DNA of 64,000 nucleotides, from the NCBI GenBank assembly GCA_963837955.1, contig CAWIPH010000002.1, positions 1,760,001 to 1,824,000 on the forward strand, in the 5' to 3' direction. The position numbers were made by a program, and so were the translations under genes. This DNA comes from an uncultured Verrucomicrobiae bacterium. Its GTDB lineage: Bacteria > Verrucomicrobiota > Verrucomicrobiia > Chthoniobacterales > JAFAMB01. Below, piece by piece: positions 39,701-48,888 of the stretch (position 1 is its first letter; every line of letters starts with the position of its first letter). The notes under the pieces are model-generated. The model saw only the letters and a list, made by a program, of their open reading frames with translations. It was not told the origin of the DNA and made no database searches.

Positions 39701-39794
39701 AGGATTCAGGAGAAAGGAAAGCGCGGATCGTCCCAACCGTACCACCAACTGGTAACCGCTAACCGCCAACACTCATCCCGTCGGGCAGATAAGG

Positions 39795-39975
39795 GAGAGT
39801 TTGCGGGTAGCCGAGTCTATCGGTTGTGGGGGGATTGGCTCTGAGCCTTGAAGGTTTCAGTATCCGGAACGCAGCATTACTTCTGCGCTGCACCGTGTGC
39901 GCGGCGGCGAACACCGTCGCCGCGCGGGACCGGTGCGTTGATCACATCACCTGGCCCGATTAACTGCGGGCTCTC
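39795..39975 (+). ncRNA. Candidate structured non-coding RNA (181 nt, identity uncertain)
   Basis: 5' GAGAGTTTGCGG pairs with 3' CTGCGGGCTCTC using G-U pairs. Internal hairpins CGCAG/CTGCG and GCACCG..GCGCGGCGGCG/CGTCGCCGCGC..CGGTGC. Confidence 0.45.
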
Positions 39976-40266
39976 ATCAAAGCCGAGACTTTTTATGCTC
40001 GTTTATTCCATCGCGTGAATGCGCTGGCGATCGCATCTGTCCATGGTTGGTTCCAATGCGGATCGTTTTCGGCGTGACCGACTCCATGTACACAAAGGAC
40101 TTTTGTCATGTGTTGATTCAGGATCGTGGTCGCAAACCCAGTCTATCTATGCGGCCCCAGGGGTTATTATATTTACGGCGATTTCCACTCCCGTAAATAC
40201 GTACAAATACGTAGGGCTTTTCACCGGGGGAAAGCGGCTCTATTCGTTCGATACTGGTCAGCCAAT

Positions 40267-40836
40267 ATGACGCTCGTCCACGAGCGCATGGGTAATTGGC
40301 CGGGCTTTGGTTACACCGATGCGGAGAAGGAAGAGATGAAGGCCCTGGATAAAACTGTGCCGAGCCTTGAGTTTTATACTTGGGTAACTTTGGTTGTGGT
40401 GCTCAGTATCACAATCTTCGGCATCATTGTTTATCTCGGTACCGTCGCCCTGATGGCAGTGATCGGTGGTGAAGAGCATATGAAGGATACGCCCGCGACG
40501 TTATTCTTTTTTGTCCTGTATTTCGAAGTCGTCGTCTGTCTTTGCTGCGTACTTCCCATCGTCATGGTGCTGTCGTCGGGGATCGTCGGTCGGCTGCGTG
40601 GAGTGCCGTTGAACCTACTGCCCGACCGGGCAACCACTGCTCGTCTATTCCGCAAGGTCTGGTTTCAGATCATACGCATGACGCTGGTTCTTGGAACAAT
40701 CGCGCTTCTCTACTGGCTATTCGTGCCGACCGGATCGAAGCTCGATTTGTTGGTTCGCTTCATTGCACCGATGCTCGCCCCGCTCGTCGCGATCTTGAGC
40801 TCGGGCTGGTTTCTGGCTGGCCGGCTTGGGCGCTAA
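40267..40836 (+). CDS. Hypothetical four-helix membrane protein
   Basis: Four hydrophobic segments. Start uncertain (40126, 40267 or 40288). Confidence 0.6.
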   Translation: MTLVHERMGNWPGFGYTDAEKEEMKALDKTVPSLEFYTWVTLVVVLSITIFGIIVYLGTVALMAVIGGEEHMKDTPATLFFFVLYFEVVVCLCCVLPIVMVLSSGIVGRLRGVPLNLLPDRATTARLFRKVWFQIIRMTLVLGTIALLYWLFVPTGSKLDLLVRFIAPMLAPLVAILSSGWFLAGRLGR

Positions 40837-40850
40837 ACGGACCCTTTTTG

Positions 40851-41338
40851 ATGCCCAAATTTTGTAGGTTTTTTGCGCGAGCTATCGTTGGTTCGGTCCT
40901 GCTGGCAGCGATTTCAGCCTGCTGGCGCAACTAGAAGCTTCCGACGAGCCGAACGTACGGTACGTATATATCGTCGCAATTGATCCAACGACGGGACGCG
41001 AAATTTGGCGCGAACGCCCGTTCGACGATTCCGAGTTCCGCTGGGCGGAAATTGTGTCTGCCAAGGGATTGTTCTGGGCAACCCGTGCCGCGCTCAAACC
41101 TGACTTTCGCCAGAGTTACGATGGTGACCGCATCGGTAGGAAAGACTGGACCGATTCAGTTCCCACCAGCTGTGTATGCGGAATGGATGCTCGGGGAAAG
41201 GCCGAGCGATTCCGCTCTGTACCCCAAGTCGCAACCGCCCTTTCGCGCGCCGTCGTGGTGGACGGCGTGCTCTATGTAAGCGCGCGCGCCGAAATGAAAG
41301 AGGGCACCTCTTCCGTCCGCGCTTTCCAGCTCCCTTGA
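40851..41338 (+). pseudogene. Frameshifted secreted protein with PQQ-like beta-propeller motifs
   Basis: The signal-peptide frame stops at 40934. The -1 frame continues with VAIDPTTGREIW...VVVDGVLYV. Confidence 0.45.
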
Positions 41339-41546
41339 TTGGTAGCCGCGACGGTTCAGTTGCATTCAGTGTTCGAAAATTCAGGACGGCAGGCGCAACG
41401 AATTGCACAAAATGACCAAACGCAGTCACCACTATCGTTCCTTGGATCCCTGCGTTTTGAATTGCTTTGCCGGAAGAACTTTGGCAGAAGGCTTGGATCC
41501 AGAATTTGGGCGTTGCTTACGCCCCATCGTTGAAAACGGCAAATCT

Positions 41547-42026
41547 ATGAGTTCACTAAAAAAATGCGTTCCGGTCTGGTTTGTTCTGCCGGTTCTCCTG
41601 GTATTCGGTGCGGTTCGTCCCGGCGTCTGCGCTGCAGCCGACACGCAGCAAATAATGCTGCAAACTACGGGCGCATTGTGTGCGCAGGGATTATATCTTA
41701 CCTACACGTCGGTCGGTACTTTGGCAGACGGTTATGTCAAAAAGGTCTACAACAAGGACGAGGCGACCCAGTACCTAGGCGCATACGTAGAGATTATTAA
41801 GCGGATCAAGGAGCAGCTCAATAAGCTGCAGCAGTCTGGAGCGATCCAGGGAGAAGACGTGGCGTTTATGGCAAAAATCGTCGACACCTACGATCTTCTT
41901 GGTGCGGAAGCTAATGCGTTTCAGAGCTATCTTTCAAGTGGGGGACAAGCCAACATTGATGTCTATGACACCAAGCGGAAGGCGGCCTGGAAGAACATCC
42001 AGGAAATTCTTGGCATAAACGATTAA
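41547..42026 (+). CDS. Secreted helical hypothetical protein
   Basis: Signal peptide from ATG 41547, protein-like composition, ends KAAWKNIQEILG. Confidence 0.7.
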   Translation: MSSLKKCVPVWFVLPVLLVFGAVRPGVCAAADTQQIMLQTTGALCAQGLYLTYTSVGTLADGYVKKVYNKDEATQYLGAYVEIIKRIKEQLNKLQQSGAIQGEDVAFMAKIVDTYDLLGAEANAFQSYLSSGGQANIDVYDTKRKAAWKNIQEILGIND

Positions 42027-42175
42027 CCCTTATTCTTCGGCCAACCGTTCTCTTTTTAAGAGAGTTCCAGGTGGGTGCGCTGTATCGCGTGAGCCTCAGA
42101 TGTGCTCCGATTCAGTTTTCACCTGATGGTCGCTTGGCACGGGAAGCTGCCGGCGCAGTCTTGTTTGGACTCGGA

Positions 42176-42688
42176 CTATCGGGAAACGAAAACAGATGAG
42201 GCGAAGACGGCTATTGCGCCGAGTTGGGCTTCGGTCTCCATGGGCATCGCAGCGTAGCCAAATCTGGCAAGTTCGTTCATATACCTGATTAAGAAAGCCG
42301 CGATACCCCCGGCTTGTTCGTATTGACGCGCATGGACGAGCTCATGGGCCATGACAGAGCCATCGTGGACGTTGGTTTCGCGGACCAAGATGCCGCGACC
42401 CATACTGATCCCGGCCGATTTTTTTATCGAAAGCCCGAATCGCTCGGCCAACTCGGCTATTCTATGGTCCTGAGGATTTGGCATCTCCTCAATTCGCCAG
42501 ACTCGAATTGCGTTGATGTCTCGGATGTCGAGGATTTCTGCCGCCCGCCTAAACTCCGGACAGAGTGGTTCGCCGTGTTGAAGCGCTTGCTTCTCTAATT
42601 CTGTGGCCCAGGCGACAATGAGCGGGAAAAACTTCTGCATCTCCCGTTGGAGCTCACGGCTAACTGGCTTCATGAGGGTGGGGGGCAT
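42176..42688 (-). CDS. Small HExxH zincin-like protein, paralogue of 7751-8221
   Basis: AGISMGRGI..MAHELVHARQYE..PMETEA. Confidence 0.7.
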   Translation of the reverse strand: MPPTLMKPVSRELQREMQKFFPLIVAWATELEKQALQHGEPLCPEFRRAAEILDIRDINAIRVWRIEEMPNPQDHRIAELAERFGLSIKKSAGISMGRGILVRETNVHDGSVMAHELVHARQYEQAGGIAAFLIRYMNELARFGYAAMPMETEAQLGAIAVFASSVFVSR

Positions 42689-42735
42689 CGTTCCACCTCA
42701 GAGCTCTTAAGGATTCGTCCGAGACACATCACCGT

Positions 42736-43224
42736 TCATTGAGCTTTGGCGTGTTCCGCTTCTCCGATAGCTTTGTAGTCGTAGGTTGGATAAAACTCGG
42801 TGTGATATCCGCCCCAAGCAGTCTTTGCGATCGCAAGATTGACTTCGCGCAAACGGTCGGGCGGCACGCGTAGTGTGATAACCTGGCCGATTCCCATCAT
42901 CACGTACCAGGAAACCACCTCGATTCCGGCCGGAGGAAACGCCTTGTAGTAACCCTGTTTCCGCAGTTCGGCGTTGATTTCATCAAGCGTCTTTGATTGA
43001 TCGTGGCGCAGGAAGATGGTGAGCAGAACCGTGTCCTTTGCATTACTGTTTGCCGGCGAATTCGAGACCCCGGGCGATGGAGTCGACTGCTGGGCGCCGA
43101 CGGCTCCGACTAGAATGAGCGTTCCCGAGAGTACCAGCGTACGCGCGACTTTCTGAAAAACGCAGAAATCAAAATGGGATGGGAGTGACTTCATGATGTG
43201 CTTAGGAGGACGAAAGCTGAACAT
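42736..43224 (-). CDS. Secreted hypothetical protein
   Basis: Hydrophobic signal followed by LLTIFLRHDQSK..FPPAGIEVVSWYVMMGIGQV..TEFYPTYDY. Start uncertain. Confidence 0.7.
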   Translation of the reverse strand: MFSFRPPKHIMKSLPSHFDFCVFQKVARTLVLSGTLILVGAVGAQQSTPSPGVSNSPANSNAKDTVLLTIFLRHDQSKTLDEINAELRKQGYYKAFPPAGIEVVSWYVMMGIGQVITLRVPPDRLREVNLAIAKTAWGGYHTEFYPTYDYKAIGEAEHAKAQ

Positions 43225-43330
43225 AGGACGTTAAATTGGAAACGAAAATGGTGGGACCATCTGGATCCCGAGTCGCCATGAATCCAGAGTCTGGAATTTA
43301 GATTCGCGGCGGTAAGCTGGAATTCCAGAC

Positions 43331-44554
43331 TTACTTCGCGGTATCGTTCAAGATTCGCAACACTTGCGGCGCAAGCGCTTGGGCGTCGCCTACCCAAGTT
43401 TTCAAATGAGCCGCGCGTTCTGTCTTAAACTTTTCCTCCGTGTCATACGGTGGCTTGTTGCGCAATACGAACTGCACGGATGCTAGACCGGAAGACGTCC
43501 GGAAGTAATGCCAGAGATCGTACTCGACCTGTTTCCCGCTGATGAGCAGAAATTCCACGGTCGAAGAGTCGCCGGATTGCGCGATTTCATCGGTTTCTGC
43601 TTGAGGATATTCTTCTTTCACTCGCTTTAGGAGGCCCCGGGTAAACTCAGCCGGACTGCTACCGGCAGGGTCTTGCATCCGAAAGGCAACCATTTTGGCG
43701 TAATTATCTGGCGTCTCGCCCGAACGCAGATATTCGCGGAGTTGCGAAGTAGGGCTGCCTGGAGCACTGACGTTATGGGCCATACGATAGATTTCTCCGC
43801 CAAACGTCACGCTCGCGGCTCCGGAGTCGCTTGAAGTAGCGCCGCCCGATTTCCCGATCTCCTTAGCTGGAGTTGCGGATGTCGAACCGAGTACCTCCGT
43901 TCCGACACCGGTCTGGCCGGCCACCGCCCACAGACCCTGCAACCGTTCGCCTCCGGCTCTGCTATAAACGGCGACCCCAAAGACGCGTCCAGGTATTCCG
44001 GACACGGCTACCAGCGTATCGCCCATCTTGATTCCCACGCCGGTGTAGCTGCCGGTCGACAAGTCCCACCGGATGCTATAGGTGTCGCCGCTCGGCGTGA
44101 TGGTGACGCTTCCGGCCATCCCGTTAACAAATTTGTAGGAACCGTTGAGCGATGCCGGACCGACGAGTTCGTATTCACCAACCTGCTGCGGGGCAGTCGG
44201 AAGCAACCACTTCGCCATGAGGGAACCGCCCGAGATTCGATAGACTGCCAGCCCAGAAAGTCCATCTCCATAGCCAACACCAAGCACATCGCCATACTTT
44301 ATTCCGATGCCTGTGTAGCTCTCTCCACTGGTCAGCGTCCAATTTACCGCAACCGATGGCCCTTGCTCGCGGACGGAAACTTTTCCCGTATAGCTGCCTT
44401 TTCCGTCGGGTCGAGACGACTCGATAATGCGATATTCGCCAGATAGCTCCGCCGCCGAAGCCTTGGCTAAGTCGGAAGCTTCGAGCCCCGGGGATACGCT
44501 ATAGAGAAGCAGAGCGCCAGTCTGCAGTGCCCATCTGCCTGGGAAGATTTTCAT
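43331..44554 (-). CDS. Secreted protein with two tandem beta-rich repeats and a C-terminal domain
   Basis: Duplicated L.G.Y...G.V.....G....W.L..G.YTG.GIK.GD.L segment, followed by a Ser/Gly linker. Confidence 0.7.
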   Translation of the reverse strand: MKIFPGRWALQTGALLLYSVSPGLEASDLAKASAAELSGEYRIIESSRPDGKGSYTGKVSVREQGPSVAVNWTLTSGESYTGIGIKYGDVLGVGYGDGLSGLAVYRISGGSLMAKWLLPTAPQQVGEYELVGPASLNGSYKFVNGMAGSVTITPSGDTYSIRWDLSTGSYTGVGIKMGDTLVAVSGIPGRVFGVAVYSRAGGERLQGLWAVAGQTGVGTEVLGSTSATPAKEIGKSGGATSSDSGAASVTFGGEIYRMAHNVSAPGSPTSQLREYLRSGETPDNYAKMVAFRMQDPAGSSPAEFTRGLLKRVKEEYPQAETDEIAQSGDSSTVEFLLISGKQVEYDLWHYFRTSSGLASVQFVLRNKPPYDTEEKFKTERAAHLKTWVGDAQALAPQVLRILNDTAK

Positions 44555-44755
44555 TACGGGGATTCAGGAATGGCGCCAGCGTACAGGAAACGGGGTAGGC
44601 GATACAAGACGGGAGGAAGTCTAGAAACAGCAAACAGACGAATGCAGCTGAACTTCAGGGCAAGCGGAGAGCCGCGAGCCCGCACCATTCCGTTAGAGTA
44701 TCGCGATGCGCATGATCAGACTGTACCTCAGCCGCTAACCGCCACCTCCAAACTT

Positions 44756-44782
44756 GGGAATATTCGACCCTATGCCGGGTCT
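44756..44782 (+). promoter_or_regulatory. ECF-type promoter motif GGGAA-N18-GTCT
   Basis: Matches three other copies near the ECF sigma gene. Confidence 0.55.
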
Positions 44783-44860
44783 ATTGTTTAGGGTGGGTTC
44801 CTTGGACAAGCTGCTCGGCGGTTCGCAAACTGTTTCACAAAATATTATATTGTAAGGGGG

Positions 44861-44983
44861 ATGGCCGTGAAAGGTGCAACGCTTCATCCGCGAGTTTTGC
44901 TTAAGGTTCCGACGAAAATCGGAAAGGCGTTACATCACCAATGCCAGATCGATAGGAATCTCTTGAAGTCTCTCGATATTTGA
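44861..44983 (+). CDS. Candidate 40-aa small ORF
   Basis: Lies downstream of the ECF motif and upstream of a hairpin at 45024-45056; translates MAVKGATLHPRVLLKVPTKIGKALHHQCQIDRNLLKSLDI. Confidence 0.25.
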   Translation: MAVKGATLHPRVLLKVPTKIGKALHHQCQIDRNLLKSLDI

Positions 44984-45023
44984 GCGCCGTTCGATAGAAC
45001 GGCCGAATGAAGCCATAGGAAAG

Positions 45024-45056
45024 CGGTAAGGCTTGGCTGCACGCCGAGCCTTACCG
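45024..45056. terminator. Strong hairpin, probable terminator
   Basis: CGGTAAGGCTTGGC-TGCAC-GCCGAGCCTTACCG. Confidence 0.6.
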
Positions 45057-45122
45057 ACATGGTATTAGCTCCGGGGACGGGTCGTCCCAAGTTTTGCTAA
45101 GTCAGGAGTCGGCCCGCGAAAC

Positions 45123-45659
45123 TTAGGAACTTACTTTCTTTGCCGCGCCGTAAAGTTCGTCGTCCTCTTTTCCGGTCTTCATGAAGTCGTCCAGCTCTTT
45201 TGCGTAGCGCGGATTCATCTTCTGGAGCGCTGCCAGATCGGCTTGCGCCTCAGCCTTACGTCCCATTATCGCATAGAGAACACCGCGATACATGTAGGCT
45301 TCAGCCAATTTTGGCTTGAGCTGAATCGCCTTGTTGTAGTGGTCCAGTGATAGTTGGTAGTTTTGCGATCCTTGCTTGCGCAGCACGAACGCCAGATTGT
45401 TGTGCGCTTCCGCCAGCCGGGGATTTGCTTTTAGGGCTGCCTCGAATTTGGCCTGAGCCTTCGCGAACTGCTTGGCTTTCATCAGATCGACGCCCTCGTT
45501 GTAAGCTTTGATGGCGGGATCCTCCTGCTTGACTTGTGGGAACCCCTGGGCCGCGGGTGGGTTCATCGATCCGCTTCCGGCACCAAACGCTGGAAGAATC
45601 GTGAGCGCGGTGATAGCGCAGACGCCCGAAAAGTTTTTTAGAATGAAGGACTTGTTCAT
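45123..45659 (-). CDS. Secreted TPR-repeat protein
   Basis: Signal peptide, with TPR motifs AEAHNNLAF and AEAYMYRG. Confidence 0.85.
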   Translation of the reverse strand: MNKSFILKNFSGVCAITALTILPAFGAGSGSMNPPAAQGFPQVKQEDPAIKAYNEGVDLMKAKQFAKAQAKFEAALKANPRLAEAHNNLAFVLRKQGSQNYQLSLDHYNKAIQLKPKLAEAYMYRGVLYAIMGRKAEAQADLAALQKMNPRYAKELDDFMKTGKEDDELYGAAKKVSS

Positions 45660-45721
45660 AATAGAGAGATTCTGATGGCGAGCACGCCAACCCAAAACTG
45701 GCTAATGGCCGCTCGCCAAAG

Positions 45722-45750
45722 AAGACCATAACCTTCCCTCATTTATTCCC
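45722..45750 (-). promoter_or_regulatory. ECF-type promoter GGGAATAAAT..GTCT (N19) upstream of the TPR gene
   Basis: Reverse complement reads GGGAATAAATGAGGGAAGGTTATGGTCTT. Confidence 0.6.
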
Positions 45751-45879
45751 TAAGGCGAAAAGAAATGCCGGGAGGGTGCTGAGCCTCCCGGCACAATTCT
45801 GTCTGTAACCCCGGCCACTGAGGATCCCGCAGCCGCGGGACCTCCAACCACCATGATCTATCTTTGGCCGATTTTAGCT

Positions 45880-47157
45880 CTAGTCATTTTCGGATTGGCG
45901 CTGGGCGGCATCCGCATCTCTAGCCAAATCCTTTAACAGCTGAGTAAACTCTCCGGTCTGGCCCATGAAAAGTCCGTCCGCGGTGAGACCGTTGACTGCG
46001 CCCATCGCAGCCCCCTTGGTCTTGGTCGAACGTATAATCGAACAGATCGGGAACTTTCGGTTAAGGAATGGGCATGGCTCGGGCATGATCAGGTTGGCCT
46101 GTAGAAGCTCATCCGTTGAAGCATGGAGGTCTTTAAAGGTCACGGTTGAGTTGTTGATCGTGTCCATCACTGTAAGCGGAGGCAGGCCTGCCTGTGCGTT
46201 ACCTGCCTTGTCCACCCAAGTCTGTAAGTGTGCTGTCTCGGTTGGGCCGATACTGAGCACGATTCGCAAAACTTCCGGGTCGGTTACTCTCTGAGCGAGC
46301 TCAGGGTAGAGGCTGGTACCGCCTTGCTCAATAAAGGCAAAGTGGAACCCCGCCGTGTAGGCGATCGCAGTGATGAGGGGGACGTTGGTCGAGTCAGCAT
46401 CAGTTCTGGGAATTGCCGTATGCAGCCCAGTATTCAAACTCGGGACTGCTCGATCTGCATCGTCGTTGAATGAGTCACCCAGATCGGGGTTTCTGTTGTC
46501 GGCGCGGTACCGACCCCAAAAACTGGTGTCCACCGTGAGTTGTGTAAGGTTGGTAAGCCGTCCCTTTTTGGTTGAGCCTGTTGCCATACTACCTGCCAAC
46601 GTGCGGAAATGAGTGCCAACCAGGAGATCGAGGTCCGACGTATTGGCTTTTTTAGATTTTAGGTAAGCAAGCAGGAAGTTCGCGTGGCTGAACTCGTCAT
46701 CGGTATTGTCCTGAATGTACTGGGGCATATCGCCATCCAGAATCAGAAGACCCGTCGTGTAACCCGGGTTACCGCCAGTGATCTTTGGCTTAGCACCAGT
46801 TGCGGGATTGGTAGCTGCGAAATCATCATTTGTGTTTCCTATTGTTCCCGGCTGAAGTCCTCCCAGTTCCCAGTATTGTTCCCAGAGATCGCTCTCGAGG
46901 ATTTCTGCTGCGCACAGGAACCGAAGAATTGAGGCGTCGCCGTCCGATAATTTGCCACCGCCATCGTCGGTCGCCGCTTTCGCTTTGGCGGCCAACATCG
47001 CGGTAGCCGGAATCAACAACGCACCGGTTGCACCTAGACCCTTGAGGAAAGAACGTCGTCCGACGACGCTCTGGTTCGTTTGACCAGAACTTGATTTACC
47101 TCCTGAGAGGGACTGTGACTGAGGTGTCACGCCATTTTTTTTAATAAATTTCTTCAT
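45880..47157 (-). CDS. Tat-exported ferritin-like domain protein
   Basis: RRSFLK Tat motif; carboxylate/His motifs AAEILESDLW.QY, DDEFSHANFL, EQGG and ETAH. Confidence 0.85.
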   Translation of the reverse strand: MKKFIKKNGVTPQSQSLSGGKSSSGQTNQSVVGRRSFLKGLGATGALLIPATAMLAAKAKAATDDGGGKLSDGDASILRFLCAAEILESDLWEQYWELGGLQPGTIGNTNDDFAATNPATGAKPKITGGNPGYTTGLLILDGDMPQYIQDNTDDEFSHANFLLAYLKSKKANTSDLDLLVGTHFRTLAGSMATGSTKKGRLTNLTQLTVDTSFWGRYRADNRNPDLGDSFNDDADRAVPSLNTGLHTAIPRTDADSTNVPLITAIAYTAGFHFAFIEQGGTSLYPELAQRVTDPEVLRIVLSIGPTETAHLQTWVDKAGNAQAGLPPLTVMDTINNSTVTFKDLHASTDELLQANLIMPEPCPFLNRKFPICSIIRSTKTKGAAMGAVNGLTADGLFMGQTGEFTQLLKDLARDADAAQRQSEND

Positions 47158-47228
47158 AATACTTTCCGTGGTAAGCGCTTGACGTCAGCTGAAGTTGGAG
47201 TTGGCTGATTAATTCGCTCAATCGAGAT

Positions 47229-47255
47229 AGACTGGAAGTTTCCAGATTTATTCCC
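47229..47255 (-). promoter_or_regulatory. ECF-type promoter GGGAA-N18-GTCT upstream of the ferritin-like gene
   Basis: Reverse complement reads GGGAATAAATCTGGAAACTTCCAGTCT. Confidence 0.65.
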
Positions 47256-47343
47256 AGAGATCTTGGGATTCAGCGTGGCCTGCTGCGGAGATTTACCCGC
47301 AGCTAACAAAGTGTCCGCGGCCAAAAGAAATGCTTTAGTTTCC

Positions 47344-47370
47344 GGGAATATTTGGGGCGACGAATTGTCA
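47344..47370 (+). promoter_or_regulatory. ECF autoregulatory promoter GGGAA-N18-GTCA
   Basis: Lies about 10 bp before the sigma ATG, implying a near-leaderless transcript. Confidence 0.6.
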
Positions 47371-47379
47371 CTTCTTTAA

Positions 47380-47907
47380 ATGGGTCAAGAGTTGCCGCGC
47401 TTTGAAGAGCTTTTCTTGCCTCATCTGGATGCGGCATATAATCTCGCGCGCTGGATCGTAGAAAGGGATCAAGACGCGCAGGATGTCGTTCAGGAAGCAT
47501 ACGCTCGAGCCTTGAAGAGTTTTTCCGGATTCCGCGGTGTTAATCCTCGGGCTTGGCTCCTAACTATTGTCCGGAACACCGCCTACAATTGGATCCAGAA
47601 ACACGTAAAAGAAGAGAACCTCATTCCGTTCGATGAAAAGATACACGCTGTACCCGTAACCGAGACCCGTTCCGAATCATCTTACGAAAAGCGAAGACAA
47701 CAACTTCAGGAAGCATTGAAGAGACTACCGGCAGAATTTCGTGAAGTCTTGATCCTCTTTGAATTCGAGGGGTGGTCCTACAAGGAAATAGCGGCGGCGC
47801 TTAGTGTCCCAATCGGGACAGTGATGTCGCGGCTAAGCCGCGCGCGTCGCCGGCTGCAGGAGGCGATTACAGAAGTTCAAGATTTGGAGGCCGAAGATGA
47901 ACTGTGA
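47380..47907 (+). CDS. ECF sigma factor (sigma-70 group 4)
   Basis: PHLDAAYNLARW, DAQDVVQE, RAWLLTIVRN and SYKEIA..GTVMSRLSRAR. Confidence 0.95.
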   Translation: MGQELPRFEELFLPHLDAAYNLARWIVERDQDAQDVVQEAYARALKSFSGFRGVNPRAWLLTIVRNTAYNWIQKHVKEENLIPFDEKIHAVPVTETRSESSYEKRRQQLQEALKRLPAEFREVLILFEFEGWSYKEIAAALSVPIGTVMSRLSRARRRLQEAITEVQDLEAEDEL

Positions 47908-48748
47908 AGAGGCAGATCGCTTCCTGGACGCCTATTTGGATGGCGAGCTTGAATTGAGTCAACAACTCGAATTGGAGCAGCATCTGAGCGGATGCCCGGA
48001 GTGTGCTACCGCCTTGGAGGAGCGTCGACAATTCCGATCTTTCTTCATCGCGAGCGCGCCCGCGTATAAAGCGCCACCGGAATTACGGACAAAGGTTGAG
48101 GCCATAATGCGCCAAGAGCCGGAGCGACCGAGGTCCGACGAGAAACGGTTTGCATTCTGGCGTCAGCCCTGGCTGTATGCCGCGGCGTTGCTGGCAATCG
48201 GTTTGCCGATCGCGTGGATGGTCTTTTATGGAAACAGAGAGCGCCGGCTTGCTGCCCAAGCCGTCTCGGACTATACCCGCGCGCTTTTCGTAGATCACTT
48301 GTGCGACGTTGTTTCGCCCGATCCGCAAGTTGTGAAACCGTGGCTAACTGCCAAGCTCAATTTTTCGCCACCGGTAGTAGATTTATCCGGATCGGGTTAC
48401 CAAATGCGGGGAGGGCGCGTGGACATTGTTCAGAATCGTCGAGTAGCGACGCTAGTCTATAAACGTAACAAGGATATAGTCACGCTATTCATGTGGCCGG
48501 CAACGCGTCACCGATTTACGGACAGCAACCAGTTCATTAACGGACTAAGTATCTGTACCTGGAATGATTCCAAGCTGAACTACATTGTGGTCTCTACCTT
48601 AGGCGAGTCTCAGCTAGATGAATTCGTGCGGTTGTTCCGGGAGAAGAACTCGGAATCCCAGGGGCAGAACTCGGGGTCCAAGGCGCCGGCCTCAGGGGTC
48701 CACCCCAGGGAAACAAAAACGGATCCGGCTCAGCCCCTCGGTTGGTAA
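47897..48748 (+). CDS. Zinc-binding (ZAS) transmembrane anti-sigma factor
   Basis: MNC..YLDGEL..HLSGCPEC, one TM helix, then VKPW...KLNFSPPV.DL..G..GGR; overlaps the sigma gene. Confidence 0.92.
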   Translation: MNCEEADRFLDAYLDGELELSQQLELEQHLSGCPECATALEERRQFRSFFIASAPAYKAPPELRTKVEAIMRQEPERPRSDEKRFAFWRQPWLYAAALLAIGLPIAWMVFYGNRERRLAAQAVSDYTRALFVDHLCDVVSPDPQVVKPWLTAKLNFSPPVVDLSGSGYQMRGGRVDIVQNRRVATLVYKRNKDIVTLFMWPATRHRFTDSNQFINGLSICTWNDSKLNYIVVSTLGESQLDEFVRLFREKNSESQGQNSGSKAPASGVHPRETKTDPAQPLGW

Positions 48749-48888
48749 GATCGCAAACGGCTTAACTCGCCACCTGGCAAAGCCTATGTCGTGACCGTAC
48801 ACGAATCATACTTCCCAAGGTGAATGCGGCCCATCGGACACCTGGATCAAGGAAGGCTTGCGAACCGGCAACGGCCGATCGCCAACCG

